A stretch of DNA of 63,995 nt, the filler included, from Octopus bimaculoides (taxonomy: Eukaryota): NCBI RefSeq assembly GCF_001194135.2. It is 6 parts of 5 records of this genome, joined end to end, with 100 filler letters (N's around TTAATTAATTAA, not from the genome) between each part and the next. Parts side by side here need not be neighbours in the genome. Positions count along the whole stretch, not along the records: positions 22,000 to 37,540 come from NC_068981.1; 5 more parts are not named here. One strand, 5' to 3'. The notes under the pieces are model-generated. The model saw nothing but the letters and a program-made list of their open reading frames with translations. It was not told the origin of the DNA and ran no database searches. This document shows positions 24,703 through 37,024 of the stretch, piece after piece; positions within the stretch are counted from its first letter, which is position 1, and every line of letters starts with the position of its first letter. The position numbers and the translations under genes are program-made.

Positions 24703-24922
24703 CCCTTTAGCATTCAGATTATTCTGTCAAAAGTAATGCTTATTTATTCACATTGTCTTGAATTAATTATGCATCATCTTGTAGCCTTGAGTTTGTGATA
24801 ATGTGATTGTTTATTCTTAGAATGCCATTGTTGGGAAGGTGTGAGAGGCTGGATCTGGCCAGTTTGAACATAAAACAGGTAGAATATTTTGACTGGATAC
24901 AACCAGTTCAAATGCTAATGGG
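24703..24922. mobile_element. piggyBac-like MITE (220 bp)
   Basis: TTAA|ccctttagcatt ... aatgctaatggg|TTAA. Confidence 0.8.
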
Positions 24923-24981
24923 TTAATGAGATTGTTGTGATGATTGTTCATCACTTTCTCTTACATCTCATATATCTTATT

Positions 24982-25350
24982 TTTTTACTTGTTTCAGTCA
25001 CTGGACTGTGTCCATGCTGGGGCATTGCCTTGAAGAATTTAGTCAAACAAATTGACCCCAGTACTTATTCTTAAAGTCTGATACTTATTCTAATAGTTAC
25101 TTTTGCCAAACTGTTAAGTTGTGATTATGTAAACAAACCAACACCAGTCGCCAAGTGGTGGGAGACAAATACAACACACACATACACACATGATGGACTT
25201 CTTTCAGTTTCCATTGCCAAATCCACTTGCAAGGCTTTGGTCTGACCAGGCCTATAGTAAAAGACACTTGCCCAAGGTTCTACACAGTAGGACTGAACCC
25301 AAGACCATGTAGATGGGAAGCAAGCTTCTTAGCCACATAGCTGCACCTGC
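24982..25350 (-). mobile_element. Family B SINE
   Basis: Reverse complement of 11983-12781 head and tail. Confidence 0.8.
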
Positions 25351-25783
25351 ATCTATCTTTATCTTTCAATTATAGGTTGTTCTCGTTTAGTAAAACTATT
25401 ACTTAAATATTTACATCAATTTATTCAGGTAAAAAAAAAATTAATGAAACGGTAAAAAATTCTCAAACTTGAGAGATTTAATGATAATCTAGTTTCTTCA
25501 GACCCTTGTAAAGAGTGGCACCACTGGAATCACACATTCAAGATATTTTTTAATCTATTCCATCTTACCAAAGATACATGGTACTTTTTATAATTATCTG
25601 TCCCCAATAATCTATGACTACATTGCTAATGTTGTTTACTAAGATTCTGCAATTTAAATACTTAAAGCACTCTATATCAAGTTTTTTTTTCTTTGGTATG
25701 CAGGTACCAAGCACAAGAGGAATTAATTAATTCCATCAGCTTTCCAAACTCTTGGGAAGTATTATAATTTCAATGAAATCATT

Positions 25784-26322
25784 GCAGGTGTAGCTGTGTG
25801 GTAAGAAGCTTGCTTCCTAACCACATGGTTCAGGGTTCAGTCCCACTGCGTGGCACCTTGGGCAAGTCTCTTCTACTATAGTCTCAAGCCAGCCAAAGCC
25901 TTGTGAGTGGATTTGGTAGATAGAAACTGAAAGAAGCTTGTTATATATATGTGTATGTGTCTTTGTTTGTCTTCTCTCCCTCACCACTTGACAACCAGTG
26001 TGAGTGTGTTTATGTCCCTGCAACTCAGCAGTTTGGTAAAAAGATACCAATAGAATCACTAACATAGCTAGAGTGTGTGCTGCCTGGGCTGGCCCTTCTG
26101 TTTGCTGCTCTTGGACCCCACAAAAACCGCATATTGCCTACAGCAGACCCAAAAGTGCCGCTTCGGTCGGACTGCTCCCACTGCCCCTCCCCAAGCTATG
26201 CTAGTGAATAGAATAAGTGCCAGGCTTAAAAAAAAAAAAGTACTGAAGTTGATACATTTGACAAAAAATTCAAGGCGGTGCCTCAGCATGGCCATAGTCT
26301 AATGACTGAAACAAGTAAAAGA
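25784..26322 (+). mobile_element. Family B SINE interrupted by a 150-bp MITE
   Basis: SINE resumes as aatagaataagt after the insertion. Confidence 0.8.
26057..26206. mobile_element. 150-bp MITE with 13-bp TIRs and 8-bp TSD (hAT-like)
   Basis: TSD aatagaat (26049-26056 and 26207-26214); TIR cactaacatagct / agctatgctagtg (1 mismatch). Confidence 0.82.
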
Positions 26323-26676
26323 TGGTTTTATAGTTATTTAGCAGCTCCACACATCCAAAAATGCATGTTGGAAAATGGCATTTGTCTTGAAGACTGCTTA
26401 TAACCAAGCCCATGCTTTGGAATCCATTCAGAAAAATTACTTGTGTTATGAAGTAAAAGCAAACTAGAGTAACTTATTCAGCCTAAAGTTACTGGATCAT
26501 GTTTAGAAGTTTAAAGGCACACCAGAAATGTTCAAAAGAAAATGGTAATTCTTACTTATTAATGACCACCATCTGTGCATGTGCATTAAATACATTCACA
26601 ACATCTTAGCAAGACTTTTTTTTTAGGAAATACAGAAAATAAAAAGATAGAGAAGAGAAAAGAGCATAGTAGAAAA

Positions 26677-27000
26677 TATGACATTAAACTGTATCTGATG
26701 GTGAGGCTCCAGTTTGGGAGTTGTAGAGTTGTGGGGGAACATGGAATCATCCCTTTGTTATTATTACTCTCGGGTCTGTTCTGACTAGGAATGGTAGTAC
26801 CTGTCAGAGTCCCATCCTTGGGTTAAATAGATTGCCCTGGGTATGACATTAAACTGCATCCAGTGGTGAGGCTCCACTTGGTGAGTTCTGGAGTTGCGGA
26901 GAATGTGGAGCCACCCCTTAAATACCATTACTCCCAGGCCTGTTCTGATCTTGAATGATAGTACCTGTCAGGGTCTCATCTATGGGTTAAATAAATTTTC
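26677..27000 (+). repeat. Diverged tandem dimer of a ~165-bp unit
   Basis: tatgacattaaactg..ggtgaggctcca..gtacctgtcag..gggttaaata at 26677 and 26842. Confidence 0.8.
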
Positions 27001-27349
27001 CAGGGGCAAAGGAGGCTCCTGCTATTTTTGGACAAAGATGTAGGGAAGGCAGCTCTTCCAGGAGAAAGTTACTCTGACATAAAACTTGTAGTCAAAATAG
27101 TACCGGTCAACTTACAATGCTTGTCGCTAGAACCTACTGGGGTGACTGAGAGAATGGCAAAAGTGTTGTACAAGCTTTGGTCACTTAAATCCAATGACAC
27201 AGACGTTTTGATATTATTTCATTTTTCATTTCTTGACCAGTTTTGTATTTTATAAAGTTGAATAGTGATGGATATCCATGCACATGCAAAGATGAAAGCA
27301 AATCAGACTGAATGTGAGATGGCTCTCATCTGACAAGATGAAGTGACCA

Positions 27350-27401
<52 letters not shown>

Positions 27402-27719
27402 CATTGTTATGATGCAATAGTGTTGTAAGTCCAAAACGTTGCTTTTTCAGAAAACAAAAAAATAGTTTCACCATTCCATAGCAAAACTGTTGTACTACAC
27501 TTTGACAGTTTTTGATATCTTGGCATCTGAAGTAGTTGGAGATATGATAGTTTGACCAACAGAACTGGCTATTTCAAGCAAAAATAAATACTGAAAAAAA
27601 GATGCATTTGTCCAAATTTGGACATACAACAGTTTAAAATAATAACAATGATATATGTATACATACATACATACACATATATAAATATATATGGAAGGCG
27701 GACGTTAAATGATGATGAT

Positions 27720-27774
<55 letters not shown>

Positions 27775-28858
27775 AAACAAGTAATCAGAGTTCAACAAAA
27801 ATCAAGGAGTCAAGGAAGCAAATAATAGCTATCGATGAATAATACTTTTTAAAAAATTTAGTTTAACAGCTTTCACTTTATCAAAAATATGATTCTTTTA
27901 TAGAGCCATTTGTATTCGTGCAGAAAATTCAAGGCATTGAAGTTTGAGAATGTCTTTTCACATAAAGTTTTCCATGTGACTGCATTGCAAAATTATCTTC
28001 TCAAAACTCTTCATGGGTATTAACAATTGGTGAAAGATCAGTTAGGTTCATAATATCTTTCCAGCATTTTTAAACTGCACACATGCATACTGAGGTTCAG
28101 CAAGTAAATCTGTCTTAACTCTTATGTCATCTTACTAGATCTTAATCTAATTGAGTTAACTATAAGAACAGAGAAAATCCCATAGATTATTGTCATTGGA
28201 AAGAGAACATTCTTTCATGTGGTGTACAATTAATTGAAATATAAAGTAAAGATATCAAAGAATTAAGTTAAATGTATCTGGTAGTTCTTGATAGCTAGAG
28301 CTAAGTGCACAGACTTTCAAAGGCACATATGAGGCCTCTCACTCTGTTCATTACCACTAATGTGATAAGGAGTGTTTCTACTTCTGTGTTGAATAAGAAA
28401 AGTAGACAATTTGTTGCTCACAAACAAGACTCCACAATCAGAGTGATCAAAGCTGGTAAAGATAAAAGACAACCTTAAGATATTTTATGATAGCTATCAT
28501 AAAGGCCTTTAAAAGATATACAAACATAAAACTGGAATACTTATGAAATATTGTCAGGATATATTTAATGTTTCGGACCAATAAAATCCAAGTCATTCGA
28601 ATCAACTTTGATTAATTGTCTACATACTCCTTTATAATTCATTTCAGTATGGAGCCATCTTTATGCAGATTTGCCAGACATTATTATCTAACAGAAAGAG
28701 GAGGTTCAGTTCTTTGTTTTGATGTAATGCGTAAGTTACCATTCTGCAGCACAACAATGAAGTGTGTGTATGTCAGTAAGAGGTAAACAATTCATATCAT
28801 AGTACTAGATCTTTGAGAGGACATCTACAGGAATATAATCAATCCCTAGATGAAATTG

Positions 28859-28861
<3 letters not shown>

Positions 28862-28895
<34 letters not shown>

Positions 28896-29072
28896 GTTTA
28901 ACGTCCACTTTCCATGCTAGCATGGGTTGGACGATTTGATTGAGGACTGGTGAAACCGGATGGCAACACCAGGCTCCAATCTAATTTGGCAGAGTTTCTA
29001 CAGCTGGATACCCTTCCTAACGCCAACCACTCAGAGAGTGTAGTGGGTGCTTTTACATGTCACCCGCACATA
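28862..29072 (-). mobile_element. Young 5'-truncated RTE 3' tail inserted in the Gypsy relic
   Basis: Nearly identical to 31255-31445 and 49085-49275; (CAT)n tail. Confidence 0.9.
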
Positions 29073-29433
29073 TATAAAAACAACATTGTCCCTGCTCTCC
29101 AGTTCTTTTTTCTGGATCTAGCTGAAGGCTGAAACATAAATGAAACTGCATATTGATCAGTCAGTTGGGTATAACATTTGCCCAGTAAAAAACGTTTCCT
29201 TACATGTAGGCTTTCAATAATAGCTGCAGCTTCCTTTTTAAAAGTAGGACAATGTCTTGAGTGAGCTTGGAAAGAAAGTTATTGGTCATCCCTCTTGGGA
29301 GAGAGTAGCTGTTAAAGCCAATTCAGATGCATCAGTAGCTACAACTAATAAATTTATGATGTGCAATATAGAATGAGCAATTACTTCAGGAATTATTTTC
29401 TTCAGCTTTTCAAAGGTCACAATTGCTTTAATC

Positions 29434-29675
29434 CAGTGGTTCTCAACTCTTATTTTTGCCGATGGACTCCTTTGATTCCTATTTTACTCTACTGGACCTC
29501 CATAGCCATTTGATGTGTATAAAACAACATCCTACTATATTTTTATAATCAAATATTATTAGGAATTGTGTAAAAAAATTAAAATATTTTGCATATTGTA
29601 GAAGTATAAGCAATTTATTGCACATAAATTTTAACAAAAAAATCTTATATGGACCACCAAGGTTGAGAATCCCTT
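29434..29675. mobile_element. hAT-like MITE inside the Gypsy relic
   Basis: cagtggttctcaac ... gttgagaatccct inverted termini; TSD poorly conserved. Confidence 0.6.
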
Positions 29676-30269
29676 CTTCAGTGGATAAGCAGAAGGAAGA
29701 TGAATCCATTGGAGGTTGTATTACATACAAATATCTTGGAATCTCCTTGCATAAGTGAATGACCCAATATTTTTGGATAAGCTTTTAGAAACTACAGAAA
29801 CTTTAAGCTTCAGTAATGGTTCTAACTATTGAGGACCGAGAGAAAGTGAGTCTTTGGCAATCAGATATCCAAAGATTACAATAGTAGTTTCTACATGTCT
29901 ACTTCCCATTATTAAAGTAAACCCGTAATCTTTAATATATATCAGAAATTGGTAGATTCATGTCATGTTCTATAATGTTTCTTTTGCAAATAACAGTGTC
30001 TAGCAATAGACCAGTTAGTTTATTACTGGTGATAAAATCAGTCATCATACTCTGGAAAATGGCATTACTGGCACTACCAAAAGCAGTCTAGAGTATGAAA
30101 ATAGCCTTTCATCAGTCTCAAAAGAGTAAAGAATTTTTCCTCCATTCAAAGAGGGTTTTGGTAGCAAGTATTTCTTAGATCTAGTTAACTGAGAAATTTT
30201 AAAGCAAGTATTATGTACCAGTTGTCAAGTAGTGGTGGTGGTGGAATAAACACAAAGACAAATCATCAC

Positions 30270-31250
30270 CATCATCATTTAATATCTGTTTTCTATGCTG
30301 GCATGGGTAGGACAGTTTAACAGGAACTGACAAGTCAGAAAACTGTGCTAAGCTTTAATGTTTGCCTTGAAAAGGTTTCTATGGCTGGATGCCCTTCCTA
30401 ACACCAGCCACTTTACAGAATGTACTGGGTGCTTTTCATGTGGCACTAGCACAAGTGAGGTTACCAAGTAGCCTGCAAGACAAAACCCCTCAACTGAAGG
30501 GGTGTACTTTTCAAGGGGGTGGCTTTGTGCCAGGTATGATAGGACAAGAACAGGTGTCTAGCAGTAGAGAAAATACAAGGCTACTCCAGTTGGAGAAGGA
30601 GAGAAGACAGTGCAGCAATGCAAGGGTGTACCCTCAAGTTACAGGAAGCTGAATATATGAGAGAATATGAACAGAAGATTGGAAAGGGTGAATGGGTAGG
30701 TAAGATTGTAAGAGTAGGAAAGAAGAATGGCAGATGAATAGAGGGTGAATGTAGTGAATAGTGAATGGGTGGAAGTGAGGCCAATGGCAAATATCAGCTC
30801 GGAGGAAGGCGGGCGGAAGATATAGGATTGGGTCAGGGAGATGATAGGCGGTAGCACAAGCAATGTGGAGTGTGGGTGGTGTGTGAGAGATGCACAATGT
30901 CAGGGACGAGGTCAGGGTTACATGGAAGGATGAACGAAAGCAGTGGGGGCTGCCAATGGCAGAATGAAAGGGTGTACAGGAGGATAGTGGATGTGAAAGG
31001 GGGAGTCAGGGGAAAATAAGATGGTAAGGGATGATACTGATAGTGTGAGATACAAAGTAAATGGTTCTCATAGAGTTATAATAGCTGAGGGAATAGTGCT
31101 ACAGTCAGAGGTGTCATCGGGGGTAAGTGTTATGGAGATGAGTTGTGGGGAAGAGACACATTAGGAACAGTTTAGGTCAGGGGTATAGACGTAATTTTAG
31201 GGCCTCATTTGTGCTGATATGGATGAATCCGTTTGAGCACAAGAAATCAC
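30270..31250 (-). mobile_element. Older RTE-type 3' UTR with purine-rich extension
   Basis: 30270-30450 matches the RTE tail (ctggatgcccttcctaac); the rest is unclassified. Confidence 0.45.
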
Positions 31251-31254
31251 CAAT

Positions 31255-32520
31255 CATCATCATCATCATCATCGTTTAACGTCCGCTTTCCATGCTAGCA
31301 TGGGTTGGACGATTTGACTGAGGACTGGTGAAACCGGATGGCAACACCAGGCTCCAATCTAAATTTGGCAGAGTTTCTACAGCTGGATGCCCTTCCTAAC
31401 GCCAACCACTCAGAGAGTGTAGTGGGTGCTTTTACGTGTCACCCGCATGAAAACGGCCACGCTCGAAATGGTGTCTTTTATGTGCCACCCGCACAAGCCA
31501 GTCCAGGGGCACTGGCAACGATCTCGCTCGAAAATCCTACGGGAGCCAGTCAGGCGGTACTGGCAACGGCCACGCTCAAAATGGTGCATCTCATGTGCCA
31601 CCCGCACAAGAACCAGTCCAGGGGCACTGGCAACGATCTTACTTGGCTTGCCGGGTCTTCTCACGCACAGCACATTTCCAAAGGTCTCGGTCAGTAGTCA
31701 TCACCAATCATCTTGATAATTTGTCATCCCCTCTGTGAAACTCAACATCTGGAAATTATTCTTCACTACTTTGTCCCACATCTTCCTGGATCTCCCTCTT
31801 CCACTCATCCCATCCACTTTTTAGCTATCTTCATCCATGTGCCTCACATGACTATACCTGTACAGCCTTCTCTCTTGTACACCATAACAGATTCCACTTG
31901 TGCACAATGTTTCTCTCAACACATTTTCACTTTGTTGTACATGCACACTGACATTGCACATCCAGCAGAGCATGCTAGCTTCATTTCTCTCAAGCTTTTA
32001 CAAGTCCTCTGCATTCATGGTCCACGTTTCACTGCCATGCTGCATAGCTGTTTGTACACACACATAATGCAACCTGCCTTTCATCTGAGAGAGTGGCCTT
32101 TTGTTACCAACAGAGATAATAAGCTCTTTGAACTTTCTCCATCCCATTCTCATTCTAGCAGCTATGCTTTCAGAGCAACCTCCTCCATGATAATTAGGTC
32201 ACCTAGGAAACCAAAGCTATCTACTACCTCTAAGAATCCTCCCAGACATTTGAGAAAATCTATTTTCTGTACATTCTTACTATGTACTGTTCTTCTGCAT
32301 CTGCCACACAAAGTTTGCTTTTCCCGTTAACCTTCCTGTGATTCTGCTACACCTTTCACGAGTCCACAGATTGCACAGACTACTCCATATGGAATTTCTT
32401 TCAACACTTTTTCTATATATCAAACAGGACCATTTTCCTGAAAAGATTTGTGGGGGGTTTTTCTGTCTTACTAGAACTTTGGTCTTTGCTAAGTTCATTT
32501 TAAGGCCCTTTGGTTTCAGG
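31255..32520 (-). mobile_element. RTE LINE: young 3' UTR plus decayed RT C-terminus
   Basis: MNLAKTKVL..., W..FKELL.LL.TK, GSETW.MNAEDL*KLERNEASMLCWMCNVSV; modular ~73-bp repeats at 31452 and 31566. Confidence 0.85.
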
Positions 32521-32529
32521 TGTTTTTTC

Positions 32530-32710
32530 CTACACCTGGAATATCATCGACAAGCTTCCATACAGTTACTGTCTACCAAATTCACTTACAAGGTATTATG
32601 GCCTGGGACTCTTAATAAAAAAAATTGTCTAAAGTACTGCTCAATAAGACTGAACCTGAAACGATGTGGTTACAAAGCAAATGTCTTAACAACACAGCCA
32701 TGCCTGCAGC
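32530..32710 (-). mobile_element. Family B SINE 5' part, degenerate
   Basis: Reverse complement of gcaggcatggctgtgttgttaag..ggttcagtc. Confidence 0.55.
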
Positions 32711-34231
32711 TAAGTGAGGTCTCTTTATCTTGGGGTAAAATGCACTGGAACACTCCACTCATAAGTTCAACTTTTTTATAAGTTGAAATAAGACATTATG
32801 TGAATCGTAAATTAACTGGTTTTTAATTAGTGGATGATATATTTCACGAGGGTCTTCTCTTCCAAATATAGTAGAATTGCTCTTTTTTTGTTTGTTTTGA
32901 AGTCATCTATTGCAGCCACCCAAAAATACAATTCTAGAGTATTGAGTCAAGTATGTGACCTTGTACTTAATGAAGTTACGTTGAGTGCTGAAGGATATTA
33001 AATTACGTCCGGTAATGTACTTTTCCAAGTCTAATAAGGAAGTCCTGTTGGAAACTGTTTACTAACAACAAACCCATAGATGCAAAAGGATTTTTCTTTA
33101 CTTTAAAACTCTGACTCATCTGAATAAGAATTAATAAAATGAACGAAACTGCTTTCGTCGAACTGTGACCATGTTAAATAGCACTAATCACCTGATCATC
33201 GGATTGATTCAGAGATATAGTAAGCATGTAAATATTGTGAAGCATGCAACGCTACCATTTGAATGCTATAAAAACTGAATTTAAAGCTGTCAGCGAGACA
33301 CCAATGTAAACGAAGTGAAATGACGACAGCTGGGAATCGAAACCGGTCCTCGACCAGATTCGCAGGAAGCTTTCCGTCCCACTCTACATTGTGTTAGTTA
33401 TAACGGAAATATAATTAAACACGAAAATATTAAAGCAAAAATGTTTTAACATGTATTATAACAGACTGAATAATAATTAACGACGACCTTCAATACATAC
33501 ATAAAAATATCTAAAGTTTGGAGACAAATAAAGAACTTTGTAACGCATTAGATATAGATCCAAGAGATGGATAATTTTTCTTGACATTAAAATGTCCTAC
33601 ATAATAAATAATCAGTGTTAAATCTCTAACGTTTACGTAGTAATTAACATTCAATTCAGTCTTTAAAAAACCTCAGCTTATAAATAGTGTTGGTTTCTGA
33701 ATTTATTAACGAACAAAACAGTGATAGTTTAGGTTGGTTTCCATCAAATGCAGACAGGAAGGATAGAAAGAATCTACATTTATATTCTCTATGTACAAGA
33801 CCAAGTTGATATTTAATAGAAATACAAGTAATCGATTGGAAAAAAATAAAACAACATTTGGGTTATATATTCATGTAACAAGAAAATATGAGTAGCAAAG
33901 GAAGACAAAGAAAATTATGATATAACATTAGACATTCTAGCCAATTCTTTAATATCAACAAGGTCTGAAGAATTTAGAATAATACTGAACTAAAGGATCG
34001 GCATTAAATATCGAGTACAAAACACTAGTCTGTACATATATTTTTTTAAAATTTAAATAAGAATTATTTCTAAGAATGAAATTAATCAAGTACGAGGCGT
34101 GTCTTTCGTTTTTAACGAATTTATGCATTTGTCAATATTTTCTCAAACCCAAGTGTCAATTAAGGGCTTTGAAAGAAGAAAGATTTCATGCTTCGTAACA
34201 AATTAAATAATTTATGAACATAAAAACAAAC

Positions 34232-34293
34232 CTATTTTCGGCTGTTCGCATATGTGCATGTCCTTCATTTAGTTTTTTCTCATTCATAGCCAT
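34232..34293 (-). CDS. NAPG: Gamma-SNAP coding exon 1 (62 nt)
   Basis: ATG 34293 gives MAMNEKKLNEGHAHMRTAEN + AG|GTTTGT, similar to human MAAQKINEGLEHLAKAEK. Phase 2 joins exon 22384-22451 in frame (intron 11,780 bp). Confidence 0.88.
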
Positions 34294-34794
34294 GATATCT
34301 TGTAAAAAAGGGAAGTTGTAATTATTATTATCACTCACAAATGATCAACTTTGAACTACAACATTAGCACTACTTGATAACATAAGCGGTCTCGCTTCTA
34401 TTAAGAAAGTCAGTTCTTCATTTTCGTATCGCCAACTGAAAGGGTGGGGGGAATAAAACTACACTAAAAGTGAAAGATCGTTTCCTTATTATTGTTACTA
34501 TTTTACAGATAAATAAGTTTTCTCTTCTGCTTTTAAAAGTGAACCGAAATAATATATTTTTCACTTGCATTTACGTCACTGTAAACCTCATATAACCTGT
34601 TATGTTCACATAGCAATCAGCTGTTTATATTTTCGTCTAGCTTATTTTGACAAGAAATAATGCCCTTCGGATAATTTTGAATAACATGTACTGCTTAAAA
34701 CAACAGCAACAACATAGAACTAGAGAGAAAAATAAATGGCATCACTAAATTATATCACATAAAAAGAAATACTTCCTAACAGCTTCCTGAAAAC
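34294..34794. promoter_or_regulatory. Putative bidirectional promoter / 5' UTR region of NAPG and TCAIM
   Basis: 501 bp between divergent ATGs; CRE-like TTACGTCA 34571-34578; X-box-like gttcacatagcaat 34604-34617. TSS positions unknown. Confidence 0.55.
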
Positions 34795-34829
34795 ATGTTT
34801 ACAAAAATGTTAAGAGTACTTTCATCCAA
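34795..34829 (+). CDS. TCAIM: TCAIM coding exon 1 (start of a mitochondrial presequence-like peptide)
   Basis: ATG 34795 gives MFTKMLRVLSS + AA|GTAAGT; phase 2 fits the next exon in frame. Confidence 0.7.
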
Positions 34830-35441
34830 GTAAGTAACGCAAACAATAATAAAAAGCTTCGTGGGAAATTTATTTCAAACTTAAACGAGGCATTTAAATT
34901 ACTTTAAGATAATGCGTTAGTGATATCATTATTCTGAAAACATTTGAATAATTTATTTCCAGTGCTTTTATTCATTTTATTATTTTATGTTGATTTATGC
35001 AAAACTAAACAACCTGAAGGTTATCGATGAACATGTGCTTCTGATTCTTTGAATAACATTTTGAAAGTTGATCTTTAAAAGATTTTTGTTGACAGACATG
35101 TTAATTTTATTAAAAAAAATTTTTTTTTATTAATTCTATTGTCTGATGTTAGTTTAGCACAAATATGGCAATAAAATACTTCATTTATACGGGTATGTTT
35201 CTTACAAAATTTGAAAGAAATTTATTCAAATCTAAAAAAAAAAAAAAGCAGAGGTCAACATTGACTATAAACGAGGAAAAAATTTTCAATGATGTTAAGA
35301 AGTTTTATGACTTCTTATATCTCGCAAACCTCACAATGCAGATATAATTAGTCAGACTGGTTATTGCTTTTCTCCTCGATTCCATGCAAAATTTATTGTT
35401 TTGAATGCAAATCTATGGTATTATTTAATTGTCTTCTTCAG

Positions 35442-35571
35442 GAAACACCTCTGCTATCATTTGTGTTCAAAAGTAAAACGAAATATGAACACTAGTGAAG
35501 TGGCTGCTGCACTCCGTCCTTTCTATTTTGCTGTTCACCCCGACATGTTTGGACAATATCCCAAAGAAAGG
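35442..35571 (+). CDS. TCAIM: T-cell activation inhibitor, mitochondrial, coding exon 2 (130 nt)
   Basis: Acceptor gtcttcttcag, donor GTAAGA. Encodes KHLCYHLCSKVKRNMNTSEVAAALRPFYFAVHPDMFGQYPKER, matching human EAVNALRPFYFAVHPDFFGQHPVER. Confidence 0.93.
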
Positions 35572-35899
35572 GTAAGATTCTGCTTCATTCATTCTCTATG
35601 TGACATCGCAGACAGGGGGTGAAGATTATGCTAGGAACACTTGAATCAAGTTCTTGGATTTTGCAAAATTTTAACTTGTTGATATCAGTTGTAAAGATAG
35701 ATTCCACGACTTAAAGTTATCGATGTTTTTTTTAATGCGTACGTACACACACACAAACACACACACACACACACACACGTATATATATATATCCACTCGC
35801 TTGAAAGGCCTTAAGCCAAAAGGTTTTGGTATCTGATGATACACCATAAAGCTAAGCCTTTTATGGGCGTGAAACCTAAAGTAATCCTATAAACCGGCC

Positions 35900-36660
35900 T
35901 TATCTAAATTATCTAAATCAAGAGTCAAAGGCCTTCCCCAGATGGAGCAATGCTAGGTATAATTGCTTATTCTTATAGAATTTCCCTTGTAACTTTCTCA
36001 CTAGGAAGAATGTCTTAGTGGTACCACATCCTGACCCTAACTAGAACTCATTCCATATAAGATAATTCTCTTTCCAATCAGTTGTGCTGTAACTCTATTA
36101 TTTTTATAACTTTGTCCATCACTTTGATATCTCTGTAGTTCTTTCTTTTCTAGAGCACTTTCTTTTTTGCCACAGTTGAGGATGATATTACTACAACAGT
36201 CATTAGGCATGACACTGCCCTATGTTATATGATTTACTATGTATTTGACTAGCACATATCCTACTTTGCCAGATATTTTCAGAATCTCATAGGCTGTTAC
36301 TGTTAGACTGATTGTTCTCCTAGATTTCATGTTTTTAATTCTGCAGTTGATCGTAGCATCTACTTTCTGGGTTAATTCCTCTCTCTTCCATGCATTTATA
36401 AACAGCAAGCACTTGTAGTAATATTTTAAAGCTCCTTTCTTCTTGGGATCAAGTGAAGGAAGGTATACTAGTGTCATTCTGATCACTTTTCCTCAATGTC
36501 ATTCTGGCACTCTACAATCTTGAATACTTCACACTTCTGATCTTCTTATTGCAAAACATTGGTAAACCTCTTGTGTGAAGCTTCTCTCCTGATGTCTAAT
36601 TTATCTTATTACTACCTAACATTGTTCTACTTCACCTTCCTCATGACAGACCCATGCAAG
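35900..36660 (-). mobile_element. Decayed RTE reverse-transcriptase fragment in the TCAIM intron
   Basis: Remnants of ND.CSNIILNC..KKSAL, VTAQLI, F.VRKLQGK, LYLAL..L.KAFD. Confidence 0.6.
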
Positions 36661-37024
36661 CACAGAAAGGATTTTAAATAATGGTGATGATATATATGTG
36701 TGTGCTACATGCTCACTTTGTCTATTGATGGTGAAGGTGCATTTTTTTTCGAACTAGGGGATGAAACAAAAACAGTTACAAAACAAATGTATAGATGATA
36801 GTAACACTGAAATTTTGTATCTGAGAGGAAACAAGTAGAGTTTTTGATAGTGAGTAGATGTTGTTTGATGTTTATTTTCTGTATCTTAAAGGAAGGGAGT
36901 TTCTGTAATCATTTGATAATGGTTGAAGAGTTCTTACATAGGGAAAATGTTTCCATCAGCCCAACATGATTAAGTGTTTGTCTTGAATATGTAAATAAGG
37001 TTTATATTGTATTTCATGTCTATC

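Larger units (their letters stand above)
27830..30240 (-). mobile_element. Highly decayed Gypsy/Ty3 pol (RT-RNase H-integrase) carrying nested insertions
   Basis: RT-like IDLRNTCYQNPL (~30180); RNase H VATDASELALTATLSQEG (29290-29345); integrase-like segments at 28050-28720; RT-RH-INT order; no LTRs recognised. Confidence 0.7.

Noticed and set aside
34299-34338. 40-nt 5' UTR intron in NAPG (GTGAGT...AG)
   Set aside because: Shorter than typical metazoan minimal introns; unsupported without reads
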